Of a DNA stretch of 64,000 nucleotides, positions 1 through 13,323 are shown piece by piece; the first letter of the stretch is position 1; every line of letters begins with the position of its first letter. Source of the DNA: Octopus sinensis (Eukaryota); NCBI RefSeq assembly GCF_006345805.1, contig NC_043005.1, forward strand, positions 39,556,001-39,620,000. The letters are read 5' to 3'. Under the pieces are notes generated by a model. That model was not told the DNA's origin and made no database searches. It was given only the letters and a program-made list of their open reading frames with translations. Position numbers and translations under genes: made by a program.

Positions 1-330
1 CGATGTAACAAAGACGTAATCGGAATGACGGGCAACTCGTCCAATGAAAGATACACACAACACCTGGCATAATTCAAGGACGAACATAAAAGACATTTGT
101 CATCCCTAAGCAATATGATATGGACATCGAAAGAAGGAGTAAGAACCTCCGTGTAACATGGAACATTATTGTTATAGCCGGAAAGTTCAGAGGACGGGGA
201 ACCAAACGTGAGCTCTGTATCACCGAAAAGCTAAATATCATACAGTCAACAAATAACATTTTGAATATTAGGGCTGAAACCTGATCTCCCTGGATACACG
301 AGCAGCATTTCACTCTCCGACACTTCTAAG
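1..330 (+). mobile_element. Penelope-like element, degenerate GIY-YIG endonuclease C-terminal half (runs off window start)
   Basis: Manual translation across frameshifts and stops: IGMTGNSSNERYTQH..F...H....SLSNMIW..K.....TWNII........ELCITEKLNII....ILNIRAE....IH. This matches the PLE pattern YIG.T..F..RY..H...LS..IW..K...W.I...C.LC..EK..I..LN.R.E..C.H. Confidence 0.8.
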
Positions 331-574
331 AAGAACCACCACCAGCACCACCAGACCTACGAGGATATTTTCCTTCCCTGAACTTGAACATTGAATATAT
401 ACAACACACGAACTCCACACATGAACAGAAGCATGCTTCTCTGATGAATTCCTTCAGCATACAAATACACAAATATCCTATACACCCAGAATATAAGATA
501 TAATGCAAACAAATTCACTGTCCAACATGTTTTTTCCCAAAACAAACACCCAAACGGATAGACAGACATACAGA

Positions 575-593
575 CATATATATATATATATAT

Positions 594-687
<94 letters not shown>

Positions 688-773
688 TGATAAATAGATA
701 GATTAGATAGATAGATAGATTGATAAATAGATAGATAGATCGATAGATAGATAGATAGATCGATAGATAGATC

Positions 774-822
<49 letters not shown>
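575..822. repeat. (AT)n followed by (AGAT)n microsatellite
   Basis: Direct reading; explains the YLSI-repeat ORFs. Confidence 0.98.
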
Positions 823-823
<1 letters not shown>

Positions 824-1373
824 CAACGGTATCAAATGTGATTGCTTGAATAATATAAGTGCTCACTGTGTATTAAGAGTGTAACAAATTGTTTCATGTG
901 AGTTGTATGCATTTTAAGTGCACTATGTAATCCTTTGGCAATCACGTCCATGTTAGATGAACGCAAATGCTTGTAAAAGAGCCAAGGCCAATGCAAGAGA
1001 AATAACAATTAAAGAAATTCCCAGATGAGTTGCCCCTATTTATTTGTCTATCTATTAACCAAAATAAATTTTGAATTGTCACCTAATATATACGCAAGAA
1101 TACCAACATTTGTCAGTGAAGTGACTGAAACATGCGAAGCTCCCTCATGGCAACATTGCTAACCAATGTTAATTCTCAAATATAAAGTACAAACAAGACA
1201 AATACAAACACACACACATACACACACGCCCGCACGCACACACGCATACTTATATATTTATATAAATATATATATGTATGAATATGTATGTGTGTCGGTG
1301 TGTATGTGTGAATGAATATATGCATTTACATATATACATATACATATATACAGAGAGACATGTATACACACAC

Positions 1374-1406
<33 letters not shown>

Positions 1407-1453
1407 ATATATATATATTTATGTATATATTTGTGTGTTTGCGTACATATATA

Positions 1454-1838
1454 TTCTTTCTTTTACTTGCATCAGTCACTTGATTGCGGCCATGCTGGAG
1501 CACTGCCTTTTAGTCGAATAAATCGACCCCAGAACCTATTCTTTGTGAGCCTGGCTCTTATTCTATCGGTCTCTTTTGCCGAAACGCCAAGATACAAGGA
1601 CATAAACACACCAACATCGATTGTTAAGTAATGAATGGGTGGCAAACACAGGCACAGAGACACACACTTAAATAAATACACACAAATACCCCCCACACAC
1701 ACACACACATATGACGGACTTGTTTTAGTTTCTATCTACCAACTCCACTCAAAAGGCTTTGTAGATGACACTTGCTCAAGGTACTGATGCCGGAACAATG
1801 TGGTTGAGAAGCAAGTTTCTTATCACACAGCCACACCT
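1454..1838 (-). mobile_element. tRNA-type SINE, family C (diverged copy)
   Basis: Reverse complement of the 15264-15636 element (GCGGCCATGCTGGAGCAC, CTATCGGTCTCTTTTGCCGAA, CACACAGCCAC). Confidence 0.85.
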
Positions 1839-1879
1839 ATATACATATAGATAGATAGTTTATATATATATATATATAT

Positions 1880-1911
<32 letters not shown>

Positions 1912-1929
1912 ATATATATATTATTTTAT

Positions 1930-3430
1930 TCATAGATGAGAATCAGATATTCTCCATATGGAATACACTTAATAGTGCTCAAGAGATTTAAACTTGAGCG
2001 AGAAGTAGAGAAGTAAATGCTGGGATAAGCAAGTTAGATAGATCAATAAATATAAAGTATATTCAATACATGAGATACAAAAAGTGTGTATACGTTTACA
2101 TACAAAAGTTTCCAACTTACACAGAATAGAAATGATGTTAAATGTTAAAAGGATTGAAGAAAAATATTACATATGCACAACCTGTTTCTGGAGGCTCGTT
2201 GGTCTAAAATAATGTATGAAAATTGATTCCATCGTCGGATGAGACGAGCTTCCGTCTTCAGGGAAGAGATCTTACGTTTGAGGTGGTGAAAGTGTTTGAG
2301 GTGTTCAAACATGGAATGATTTTGCAGAGAGCTATGTTTATTAGAGGTCGGAATTGGGGAGGTATTCAGATAGAGAATAGTAAGAGGAGAAATTAAATTT
2401 TAAGTTTTAGGGGTTAATGATGCGGCTAGTGGGGAGCTATATTAGTAGAGGTCGAAGGTAGGAGGAAGGGGGAGGAAGGGGGAGGGTAGTGTTGGAAATA
2501 TGTTAACGGTAGTCTATTGTGTTAGTTTGTATGAAGGCTATAGAATTAATGGATGAAATAGTGAGAAAGGGAATGGCCATTATTTGAGGGGAATAAGTTG
2601 GTTGGTTCAGTGACTGAGGGAAATTACTAAGGTATGTATAGAGGTATGAGAGAAGATAGAGAGGGTAGAGTGGGGTGAGTTGGTGGTCAATATAGCAGTT
2701 GGGACAATGGAATTGGGTTGGTATTCGAGGTGGGAGTTCCATAGTATGCAGAGGTGTATGAAACTGAAAAGAGGTACGTGAATAGGCAGGGAGTAAAGAT
2801 TGACGGATAAGTACCCCAAGGAGTGGGGAAGTATTAAGTACTTTTGGTAAAGAAGAGAAATAAGAGGCTACTTATGAGGGTGGAGAGGTTATGAGGGAAA
2901 TGGGAAGTAGTAGTTTAGAATAATTTGGAAAGATTTAAAGGGGAGTTAGTATTTGTTAAGTAGTAGATTGTCTTAGTTCAAAATTAATTTTGAATATGGA
3001 TACACATAGTTATGGGATTGCATAGATTTAATAAAATGCGTGAAAGATGAGTAGTACCTGTGTTTACAAGATAAAATTAGATTTGATAATCTATTAAGTA
3101 ATGACGGGTTGTGAATGCGAAGAATGGTTAGCGATTCTCTTAAACATAATTTATATATACAAATGTCTTCATTTGCAGATATGTTGGAGATTCTGCTAGA
3201 TATGCTTGTGACTACACTATTAAGAGTAAGGTTAATCTGATTAGATAGGACATTGATATATTGACCACCTTAATGACAACTTCGAATAAAATACTCAGGT
3301 TGTAGTTTTTAAAAAAATGTGTACAGCTTTCTTCGTGCGTTCCACAGACGGTCGAGATAATCCAGTTGCTGAAAAGAGTGCAATATCCCCGTCCACTGCA
3401 GACGTTAGGAAAGTATTGTTTAATTCGAGA
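1930..3430 (-). mobile_element. Internally deleted Penelope-like element (RT, thumb and GIY-YIG remnants, 3' UTR, pLTR with degenerate HHR)
   Basis: Minus strand gives SVERTKKAVHIF..NYNLSILFEVVIKVVN (RT), then YINVLSN..TLNSVVTSISSRISNISANEDI (thumb) joined in frame to YKLCLRESLTIL...LLNRLSNLILSCKHRYY (EN end). HHR-like CTGAAGA-stem(ggaagctcgt/acgagcctcc)-GAAAC at about 2176-2265. Confidence 0.75.
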
Positions 3431-3444
3431 GAGAGAGAAACAGC

Positions 3445-3544
3445 NNNNNNNNNNNNNNNNNNNNNNNNNNNNNNNNNNNNNNNNNNNNNNNNNNNNNNNN
3501 NNNNNNNNNNNNNNNNNNNNNNNNNNNNNNNNNNNNNNNNNNNN
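3445..3544. other. Assembly gap (100 N)
   Basis: Run of N. Confidence 1.
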
Positions 3545-5239
3545 TTATACAATCCAATTCTCTCAAATAAAATACTAATGAAGCTATAAGTGGGGTTTTA
3601 TGAAGAACTATGTAAATATCGTAAAAACTACCGCTTATGATTTCTTTGTATGCGTGTGGTAATTTATCGACATATATGTGGTGCGTGTATAAGTATGTTT
3701 ATATATAGACTTATATATACGTATACAAGTATATATAAAAAGAAATATATAAAAATATACATACATACTTAAATATATGTATACAATTATACATATAAAT
3801 ACATAAATGCATACATACATACATACATACATACATACGTACATACATACACACGAATATACAAACGTATATACTTACATACAAATATATATACTTATAT
3901 ATACATACAAAAATATTTTTTTTAAGATTAGAAAAAAGAATTTTACAGTGAGACGAGTTTATAGAACATAAAACTTATGATACCATACTTGCAGACAGCC
4001 AGTCACCCAATCGGGCAAACGCATAAACACATAAATATACACATACAAACACGCGTGAACAGATACACACGCAAACCATACGCAAAGGAACACACATACG
4101 CACACAAATAATTAACGTGAAACCAGTGACTTTTTTTTGTGATATTCTATTACAAAGTATCACCGCAACAGGTTTGTTATTCATATCACTTAGCGTTGAA
4201 AGCTTTGCCATACAAAATGCAATATTGCATATTCGTATCAATATTCCATTCTAAAACACATGCAATCATTATACATTAAACAACTATGCATCATCGACAA
4301 CATTCAATACATTGATAAACAGACAACCCTCTAATTGCCATTTTATTTTCCAATCACACACACCCACCACTGGGCAAAAGAGTCAGCAAAATTCTCTTCG
4401 TTCTTTTTTCTTTTATCCCGATTGCTTATCAAATCAGTGAGGGGAAGAGCATAGTTTCGAGCTTTCTAACAAGCAAAATGAAACGAATAAATTATCGAAA
4501 AGAATCGTATTCCGTTTTAATATATTATTATTCTCTTTTCATTTAAAGCTCGCTCCTTGTTACCACTACTAATATCTTTTATAAAGGAAGTTTTTCCTTT
4601 GTATATATTTTGTTTTTCGTTTTTTGTTTGTTTTTCTTTAGTTATATTGGTTTGTTCCGATGTTTGTTCGCCTGTTTTTTCCCTAAAAACGCAACTGCAT
4701 TTGTTGTAGCAGGTATTTTAAAATCCCTAATTCAAACGGCTTCTAGGCATACTACAAAGAGGTGTCCTTTTCTCGTTGCTTTCAATTTCCTTTCCAAAAA
4801 GACAAATTTGGCACGCGTCAACTTTCATTATTTTTTTTCTTCTATCTCGATCCTCAAAGCATTAAACACAATGGGAATTGTTTTTTTTTTTACTTTGATC
4901 AAAAGAAAAAAAGAAACATCGTTTCTGTTTGAAACAAAAGCGTGAAAGAGAACCTACACGAATATAAACTTGGTCTGTTTTATCGCAGTATGCAAAAACA
5001 ATCCGCCCTCTATTGTTTTCTTCAAACGTTAAGTGAAGTTCAAGATTTGATAAGATCGAATTATTGTGGACGGAAATCTTTAGAGTCTGCTTTATGAAAT
5101 GGCAAAATGAATATCTTCACCAATCATGTGGTAACGTGACTAGCAATGGGATGCTGTTGATTGATCCGAGCCAGTTTTCCTACATAGGAAGAAAGAAAAA
5201 AGTGAGCATACATACAAACGTATGGATATATAAGTGTAT

Positions 5240-5570
5240 ATATAGGTATATATATATATATATATAATATATAATATAATATATATATATATATATTATA
5301 TATATAATATATATATATATATATACCTATATATGTATATATTTATATATATATATATAATATATATATCTATATATATATATATATGTAGATATATATA
5401 TATACGTATATATATATATATATACATATACACACACAGACATATATAATACATACAGCCACATGTATGTATGTATGTATGTATGTATGTATGTATGTAG
5501 GTATGTATGTATGCATGCATGCATGCATGCATGTATGTATGTATGTATGTATGCATGTATGTATGTATGT
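5240..5570. repeat. (AT)n / (ATGT)n compound microsatellite
   Basis: Direct reading. Confidence 0.95.
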
Positions 5571-6149
5571 AAGCGAGGTTATGTGTAAAACGATAAGTGG
5601 TGAGAGACAGCGTAAAGAGTATCAGTGAGATGGAGTAATATATACAATAAAGAAAAAAAGTAGGGACATTAGTATCATCTCTGAGTATGATTTACGTGTT
5701 CTGAAGGAGAACATACTGTTTCCGGTCTATATTTAAGTTGCGAATTATTTAATTGAATCTACCAATCCCACTTTTCTAATTGAACCGTTTCTATATCAAC
5801 CAATTTCATAACTGATAATCAATAAAATTCACTCAAATTACATCACTTAACATTACTATTTTTAAAATCACTATTTCTGTCAGAGTTGATTGCTCTAGAA
5901 ACAGCAGTTGTATATGTGTGTATGAGTGTTTCGGTGTTTTGTGTATGTGCGTGTGTAATGTGTATGCGTGAAATTTATGTACACAGGTACGTGCATACCT
6001 AGGAGATTATGCTTCTATGTATGTATATATGAATGTATCTACATATGAATATATGTATGTAATTAACATGACGTTGGCGGGTGTCCTTAAGTGTATTTCT
6101 GAACTGTACATGTGCGTACCTGTCTTCCAAACAAGAGTACATGCGAATA

Positions 6150-6187
<38 letters not shown>

Positions 6188-6321
6188 TATACATATATAT
6201 ACATATATAATATGCATATACATACAGTGAATGAGAGAAATAAATACATAGGACAGGATAGATAGATAGATAGATAGATATAGATATAGATATATACATA
6301 TACATATATATACATACTATA

Positions 6322-6394
<73 letters not shown>

Positions 6395-6499
6395 CATATA
6401 TATAACGGGAAGGTTTACGAAAATAACAAAAGACGAAGGCAGGTGGAGTACAACAAACAAAGGTAGTATATGGCGCTCAGGAATAGAAATAGAACAAGC

Positions 6500-6535
6500 C
6501 TTTTACGTTTCGAGCCTACGCTCTTCGACAGAAAG
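6500..6535 (-). ncRNA. Minimal type-I hammerhead-like motif in a PLE-type repeat (about 6405-6560)
   Basis: Minus strand: cttt-CTGTCGA-a-gagc(gtag)gctc-GAAA-cG-TA-aaag. Stem I cttt/aaag, stem II gagc/gctc; core A6 is changed to T. Confidence 0.6.
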
Positions 6536-6736
6536 ATAGACAGAAAGAAAAAAAAAAGGAAAGTAGAAATACGAGGTAAAGGGAGAACGACAGAGACAGA
6601 GACATGGGGAGTAAGTAATAAACTAAAACTGAAAAGTTGCTTGACTGAAACAAGGAACACTATAATGGTGTAAAGAAAGAGCTTGAAAAGTTTATAGAAA
6701 GAAAATGATATTTCTTTCTCCTATCATACATTTCGT

Positions 6737-7040
6737 GGAGGCGCAATGGCCTAGTGGTTAGGGCAGCGGACTCGCGGTCGCAGGATCGCGGTTTCGATTC
6801 CCAGACCGGGCGTTGTGAGTGTTTATTGAGCGAAAACACCTAAAAGCTCCACGAGGCTCCGGCAGGGGGTGGTGATCCCTGCTGTACTCTTTCACCACTC
6901 TTTCTCCCACTCTTTCTTCTGTTGGCCTGCTCGCTTAGCCAGCGGGGTGGCGTCATTCGAAGGCTAAAACAATGCGAATGCATTGTGACCAGCGATGTGT
7001 AACAACATCTGATGGCCTGGTCGGTCACGTGATCACGTGA
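6737..7040 (+). mobile_element. tRNA-derived SINE, family A, full length with TSD
   Basis: Pol III A box TGGCCTAGTGG and B box GGTTTCGATTCC; tail (CACGTGAT)2; TSD CATACATTTC(G/A)T at 6725-6736 and 7042-7053. Confidence 0.9.
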
Positions 7041-7689
7041 CCATACATTTCATATAAATTACTCCTAACATAAACCAGAAAAAATAAAACAAATCATGAT
7101 GACTAATTTCTGGAGTTTATTCATTGTTTATCTTTGTCAGTTTATCTTCCATATTGTTTCTATATTTTCTTGATATTTCTTTAAACGTTTAGTTACATTT
7201 TTTTCTATCATTTGTTATATTAATTATTCTAATTTGTATTTTTTTAGGCTATACTTAAAAATGAAAATATTGTTTTTGAAGTGATATTTTCTGCATTTTA
7301 AATATGACAATTTTTGAAACCATTTCTTTTTTCTCTCTCTCTCACTCTCACTCTCTCTCTCTCTCTTTTCCCCACCTCTTTCTCACCCTCTTTCTCTCTT
7401 TCCCTCCCTCTTTTTCGTTGAAGTTTTGCAAACATAGCGTATAATGTGGCGTAGGTTTTTGGTCGTGCAGACATTTTTTAATTTGCTTTTTTTCGTATAG
7501 GTTTTTTTCCTTTCACTATACTTTTCTTTTGTGTTATTTTTTCAATAAAAAATGTATTGTTAAGAATATATATAGACATACAAGTGTGTAGAATCTAATC
7601 CCCAGGTACAGACTAGCCAACTTTGTGTAAATGATGTTAACAATTACAAAACACTCTTTACACATACCAACTGTGTGTTTGTGTGTGTC

Positions 7690-7738
7690 TATGCATATAT
7701 GTATATGTATATATATATATATAATATATATATTATAT

Positions 7739-7769
<31 letters not shown>

Positions 7770-7814
7770 ATATATATTATATATATATTTATTGTATATA
7801 TATATATATTATAT

Positions 7815-7893
<79 letters not shown>

Positions 7894-8097
7894 ATATGTA
7901 TATTATATATATATATATGTATGTATGTTTGTATCAATGAATGTATATACGTAAATATGTATATGTGTGTATGTATGTACGTGGATATATAAGTAGATGG
8001 ATAATTGTGTATATAGGTTTGTATGTATGTATGTATATATACACGCGCACACATACACACAAACACACATACACACACACCACACACACACACACAC

Positions 8098-8142
<45 letters not shown>

Positions 8143-8414
8143 GTATGTATGTATGTATGTATGTAAGCGTATATATATATTTCGGGTGGCAACGCTAAGC
8201 AGTGATGTGTGTGTGTGTGAGTACGCCTGTATTGTAAGTATGTGGATATGTAGTTAGTTATACGTGTATCTTCACTTGAACATATAAATATATGCGTATA
8301 CACGCACACTCACACACACATATATATATATATACCTCTATGTTGACATATATATATATATATATACACATAGGTGTACATAGGCATATACATGCATACA
8401 TACATGCATACATT

Positions 8415-8446
<32 letters not shown>

Positions 8447-8520
8447 CATACATACATACATACATACATACATACATACATACATACATACATACATAGA
8501 GATATATGTATATGTGTGTG
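7690..8520. repeat. Long (AT)n/(AC)n/(ACAT)n compound microsatellite field
   Basis: Direct reading. Confidence 0.95.
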
Positions 8521-8871
8521 TCTAATGATTTCAACGACTTTACTTACTGGAAACATGCCAAACTTGTGTAGGAAGTAGGTGTATTTGCGAGGTGGATGCA
8601 GCATTTGGGGTATTTAAAATCAGTCCGACACGTCACCGTCACTACCTTTCCTCCATCTCTCCATTGTTGTCATAATTTATTACATGTTAGAAAACCACCA
8701 TTTGTATATAAGAGACATGGCCAGTTGATTTGTGTTATTTTGCCGTCTTAAAAAGAGATGAACAAAATGCTAAAAGAAAGGGCCAATCTAAAAACTGCAA
8801 TAGGGCCAAGTCCGAGGCCCCAACTAATCTATTATCTCGCGCTAATTTTCAAAATAATAATTATTCATATT

Positions 8872-9200
8872 AAGGCGATGAGCTGGCAGAATCATTAGCT
8901 TGCCGGATAAAATGCTTCGCAGCATTTCGTTCCTCTTTACGTTCTGAGTTCAAATTCCACCGAGATCGACATTGTCTTTCAACCATGCGGAGTTCATAAA
9001 ATAAGTACCATTTGAGGACTGAGATCGATGCAGTCAACTACCCCTTCCCCCAAAATTGCAGGCCTTGTGCCTATAGCTGCAAAGATTATTATCCTTTCTG
9101 GGTCGATAAAATAAGTACTAGTCAAGCGATGGAGTCGATGTAATCAATTTACCATCTTCCCCCAAGATTTCTGGCCTTGTGCCGACATTTGAAAGCAATA
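8872..9200 (+). mobile_element. SINE family B (diverged) with duplicated 3' half
   Basis: AAGGCG..GAGCTGGCAGAATC head, GTTCTGAGTTCAAATTCC; GATAAAATAAGTAC...GTCGATG occurs twice. Confidence 0.8.
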
Positions 9201-9471
9201 GTTTTTCAAATCATTTCAACAACTTTACAAGAAATAGGTGACAGAAATTTTGTAGTTTACTTTTTTATTTTGTTTCTTTGTAGCTTTGTGAGGAAAACTC
9301 TTCCGAAACAAGTGGCTGTTAGGCAAGGATTAAAGTATCTTCACAAACCTGGAATTTCTAAGGCCTCACGCCATTGCTACTTAGTCGTTGAACGTACACT
9401 AGGTTTATAGATGCATGTTTGTTTCTCTTCTGCTTTTAATTATTTACACTTTTCCTCTAAAGAGGAAGCTG

Positions 9472-9576
9472 GTATGTATGTATGTATGCATGTATGTATG
9501 TATGTATGTATGTATGTATGTATGTATGTATGTATGTATGTATGTATGTATGTATGTATGTATTTATGTATGTATG

Positions 9577-9608
<32 letters not shown>

Positions 9609-9617
9609 TCTATGTAT
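9472..9617. repeat. (ATGT)n microsatellite
   Basis: Direct reading. Confidence 0.97.
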
Positions 9618-9832
9618 GCACAACACACTCTCATACTTGTGAATATAAAGACATATATATATATATAATTTATTTAGGCAGCAATAACCAAATGTGTACC
9701 ATCAAGGAGAACGTGAACTATATATGTATATATAAAATTATGTGCTTTTTGACTGTAGCATTTGAGCGTTTATTTCTTATTCCTAGTAATGTAGGTGTTT
9801 ATAACACCATCAGTCATATTTAATGACGGTTA

Positions 9833-10368
9833 TATTGGCTTTTCCGGAAAGTTCGTAGCTTACTTTTCGACTAACTTTAGAACATGGTTGAGTCCATAAA
9901 ATAGGATTTGACTACACCTCCATTTAGAGCACAGTGGAGGGTTTATGTTCCTATAAACTGTGTTAATTCTGTAACCCTTTAAAATGGAAGATAAAAAAGT
10001 TCATTTTCGGCACTTGATGCTTTGGAAACCAGACAAAAATTGCTGCAGCTCGGCTGGGATGTGTTACCCCACCCTCTATATTCACCAGATGTTGCTCCTT
10101 CGGATTTCCACTTATTCTGGTCACTGCAGAGTAGGCTTTAGGATAAAAATTTTAATTCCTTGGATGACGTAAAAAGATACCTTGATGAATTCTTTGCCAT
10201 AAAACCTCCTCAATTCTGGAAAGAGGGCATTTTCAAGTTAAAGGGAAGATGGAGACTCATTGTGCACAAAAATGGTTCATATTTCGTTGATTAAAAATGT
10301 AATGGGAAGTATTTATTGACCTTTTTCTTGCCTTTAAAAATCGGCACGAACTTTCCGGACAAATGAAT
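9833..10368 (+). mobile_element. Internally deleted mariner transposon
   Basis: TIRs TATT....TCCGGAAAGTTCGT at 9833-9856 and inverted at 10346-10368. N-terminus MEDKKVHFRHLMLW is joined to C-terminus LGWDVLPHPLYSPDVAPSDFHLF...FWKEGIFKLKGRWRLIVHKNGSYFVD* (mariner YSPDLAPSD motif). Confidence 0.93.
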
Positions 10369-10388
10369 AGTATATATATATATATAAG

Positions 10389-10496
10389 CAAAATAAGCAA
10401 CAAGGATATCCAGAAGTAATGCAGTACGATCGTTTCATGCAACTCCATGAAACGATCGTACTGCATTACCTCTGGATATCCTTGTTGCTTATTTTG
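10389..10496. repeat. Near-perfect 51-bp inverted repeat; PLE-terminus fold-back containing an HHR 3' half
   Basis: Arms 10389-10439 and 10446-10496, one mismatch, 6-nt loop; each arm reads catGAAAcgatcGTA outward; lies between (AT)n tracts. Confidence 0.9.
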
Positions 10497-10580
10497 ATTT
10501 AAATCACCTTACTTTGATATTGTATGGATAATACCGTACTAAATTCTGGTGCCTCAACGTAAGTACCATATTAGTCTGTG

Positions 10581-10692
<112 letters not shown>

Positions 10693-10973
10693 GGTATAGA
10701 TATAGATATATATAGATATAGATATATATATAGATATATATAGATATATATATATATGTATATACTGAATTTTTTAATAAGTGCTGTTGGTCGGTAAATG
10801 TCTAAAACATTAAAGTATTTAGACATTTAATAAGAGCGATTATATATTATATTATAAAATAAATACAGGAAAATTACATCACAGAAGATATAAGTCCAAA
10901 ATAATATTTTATTAATAGATAGATGTATAAATATATATAGTATGATTATTTAAAATGTTGAAAAGTTTAAAAT

Positions 10974-11065
10974 GTCTTACGATCGTTTCGTGATTGTATT
11001 ACCCTTAGAAATGGAATATAAATTTGTTAATTATTATTAGGTAATACATCCATTCGTCAGAGATA
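10974..11065 (-). ncRNA. Type-I hammerhead ribozyme (PLE pLTR), long stem II
   Basis: tct-CTGACGA-(tgtattacc...ggtaataca)-GAAA-cgatc-GTA-aga; intact core; palindromic stem III. Confidence 0.8.
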
Positions 11066-11609
11066 AAGAGGGTGAATTTCCGTGTAGTCAATCGAATGCT
11101 ATTTAAAAATATATGCAAAAGATGTTTAAAAATGCTGTTTAAAAGTTACTACCGTAAATATGCGATTGTACAATCTTGTACTAAAAATTTTGAAGGAAAA
11201 ATATACATCCGTGGTTAAATCCTCAGCGGTCATCCATAATGGCTGTGTAATATAAATCTCATAATTCAATTCTCTTCGATTTGTGATCCATAAATGCGAA
11301 AAATATAAGTAATTAAATTTTTGCCTTTTATAGTTGTAAATACATAAAACTGGAAGATGTCATTGTTATATTTTATGTAAATGTAATAATCAGTTTGCTG
11401 TACATTAGAAGTGTACGGGTTTAAATTTCAGGAAGACCTTTCTAGCGTTCATCCAATGGAGAATTTATGATATGTGAATATGTGTATACTCAAAATACTT
11501 CAAATTTAATTTTCTTTTTTCTTACTTGTAATCATCCCACTATTATTATGATACCACTATATGAAAAATAGGAAAATAAGAAAAATAAAATAAAATAAAA
11601 TAAAAACTT

Positions 11610-13095
11610 TACTTGATCTCTTAAAGTTTTAAAAGTTTTATAAAACCCATGTCTACATGTGGATAATGCTTCCCATTGGCAATTAATTAAATTATTCTGT
11701 TTATATAATAATGTGTATAGCGATTCCTTTGTACAAAGTCGACAGATAGAAGATTTATGTTTATATGGTGTAGCAAAGTCAATGACTGATCAGGATAATT
11801 TATAGTTAACTTTTTGTTTGAGTTAATGTATATATGTAGCCAATGAAGTAATGTTACTCGTTATATTCGGTTTAAATGAATGTATGAGTGCTAAAAAATT
11901 ATGCTTAAATTTAAAAGAGCTCCCTATATATACCATACTATGTGAGTTATCAGTTTTTGTAACAATGCATTTATATATCATGTTGAACCTTTTACATTTG
12001 CCTCCTACAGGACATGATTTTTTAATTTTTACATGTGCAATATTTAGTTGTATATTTCTGTTCTGTGGTATAATCTTTAATACTATTATTATTCTTTGTT
12101 ATAGTGCGTGGTAATATATTTGAATTTGTTGTGGAATCATTTATAATAGAATTAGGTGTATTTACTGTTTGTAAGTTATTATTGTTACTAGATTGTGTTA
12201 TTGGATTATCCAAAACATATCGCATATTTTGAGATGTATGATTATTGGAATTTTGCTGAGATTTCGTTACTGTTATAGTATTACTATGTGTTCTCTTAAT
12301 GATATCCATTGAACAAGTATTATGTTGAGTATTATTTTGTGATCTAGGACTGTTGTCTATTTCATTACTAGTATTATTGTTGTTTTTATTTCTTAAACTA
12401 TTATTACATTTATTAAGTTTTCGTCTATTAGAGCTGACGATAATTGATCCGATATTCGGCAGTGTAGAAAAAGATATTTTGATTGTTGATCTATTAAATA
12501 TATGGTGATACTTATGATTATTAGGAAAGTTATTTTTTACTTTGTTTAGAAATTTTTTTATTAACCTTTTAAAATTTATTGAAAATAGGGGTGTGTACCA
12601 AATAATTTCCTTATTTCTCCTCCTACTTGGTATTGTATTATAGTTATATACTGATTTTGGAATTTGCATAGTATGCCCAAAGTGTTTTTTTGTTATTGCT
12701 ATATTTGGTTCTATGTCTACCATACAATTTTCCACGTTTTTGTCATGTTTTACAGAGGTTTCATCTTTTTCTATTGAGTGAAAATATTTGTTATAGGTAA
12801 GGTTATTCGCATTTCTTAGTTTAGTATTACGTATACTTTGGTTTAGTTCCATTTGTGCTATATACATCTTAAGTTTAATATCTTTTATATATTTAATATT
12901 TTGTTTAAATCCACTTGCAGCTAAAGCTTGATTATAATAGTTTGCGTGATTATTAAATATTTCTTCATTATAGGATAGATCTGAGATTCTAATAAATATA
13001 ATGCTATAAAGTAATACTGTTTATAATGCTATTAAGTAATGATATATCATTGTTAGAATGAATGTTTATATATTTGAGACATTCATTAGGTTTAT
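11610..13095 (-). pseudogene. PLE RT thumb, Asn-rich linker and GIY-YIG endonuclease (disrupted)
   Basis: KPNECLKYINIHSN..RISDLSYNEEIF..YYNQALAASGF; ORF 12022-12867 IIWYTPLFS..FPNNHKYHHIFNRSTIKISFSTLPNI; CTCKN*KSCPVGGKC..MIYKC..VYIGSS..ICRLCTKESL..CRH; several in-frame stops. Confidence 0.92.
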
Positions 13096-13230
13096 TTTTC
13101 CTTCAAAATTTTTAGCACAAGATTGTACGAACGCATATCTACGACAGTAACTTTTAAACAATATTTTTAAACATCTTTTACATATATTTTTAAATAGCAT
13201 TCGATTGACTATACGGAAATTCACTCTCTT

Positions 13231-13323
13231 TATCTCTGACGAATAGATGCGTTACCTAATAATGATTATCAAATTTATATTCCATTTCTAAGGGTAATAC
13301 AACCACGAAACGATCGTAAGATA
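13231..13323 (+). ncRNA. Type-I hammerhead ribozyme (inverted pLTR copy)
   Basis: Stem I tatct/agata; CTGACGA 13236-13242; GAAA 13307-13310; C-GATC-G; GUA with predicted cleavage after 13318. Confidence 0.82.

Noticed and set aside
6737-6810. tRNA gene
   Set aside because: The A and B boxes continue into a SINE body with tail and TSD; I see no proper acceptor stem or terminator.
11610-12030. In-frame stops in the Naiad-like endonuclease as possible selenocysteine recoding
   Set aside because: The TGA falls at a conserved Trp position (TGG>TGA) and the other stops are TAA; the Cys motifs use normal codons, so this is decay.
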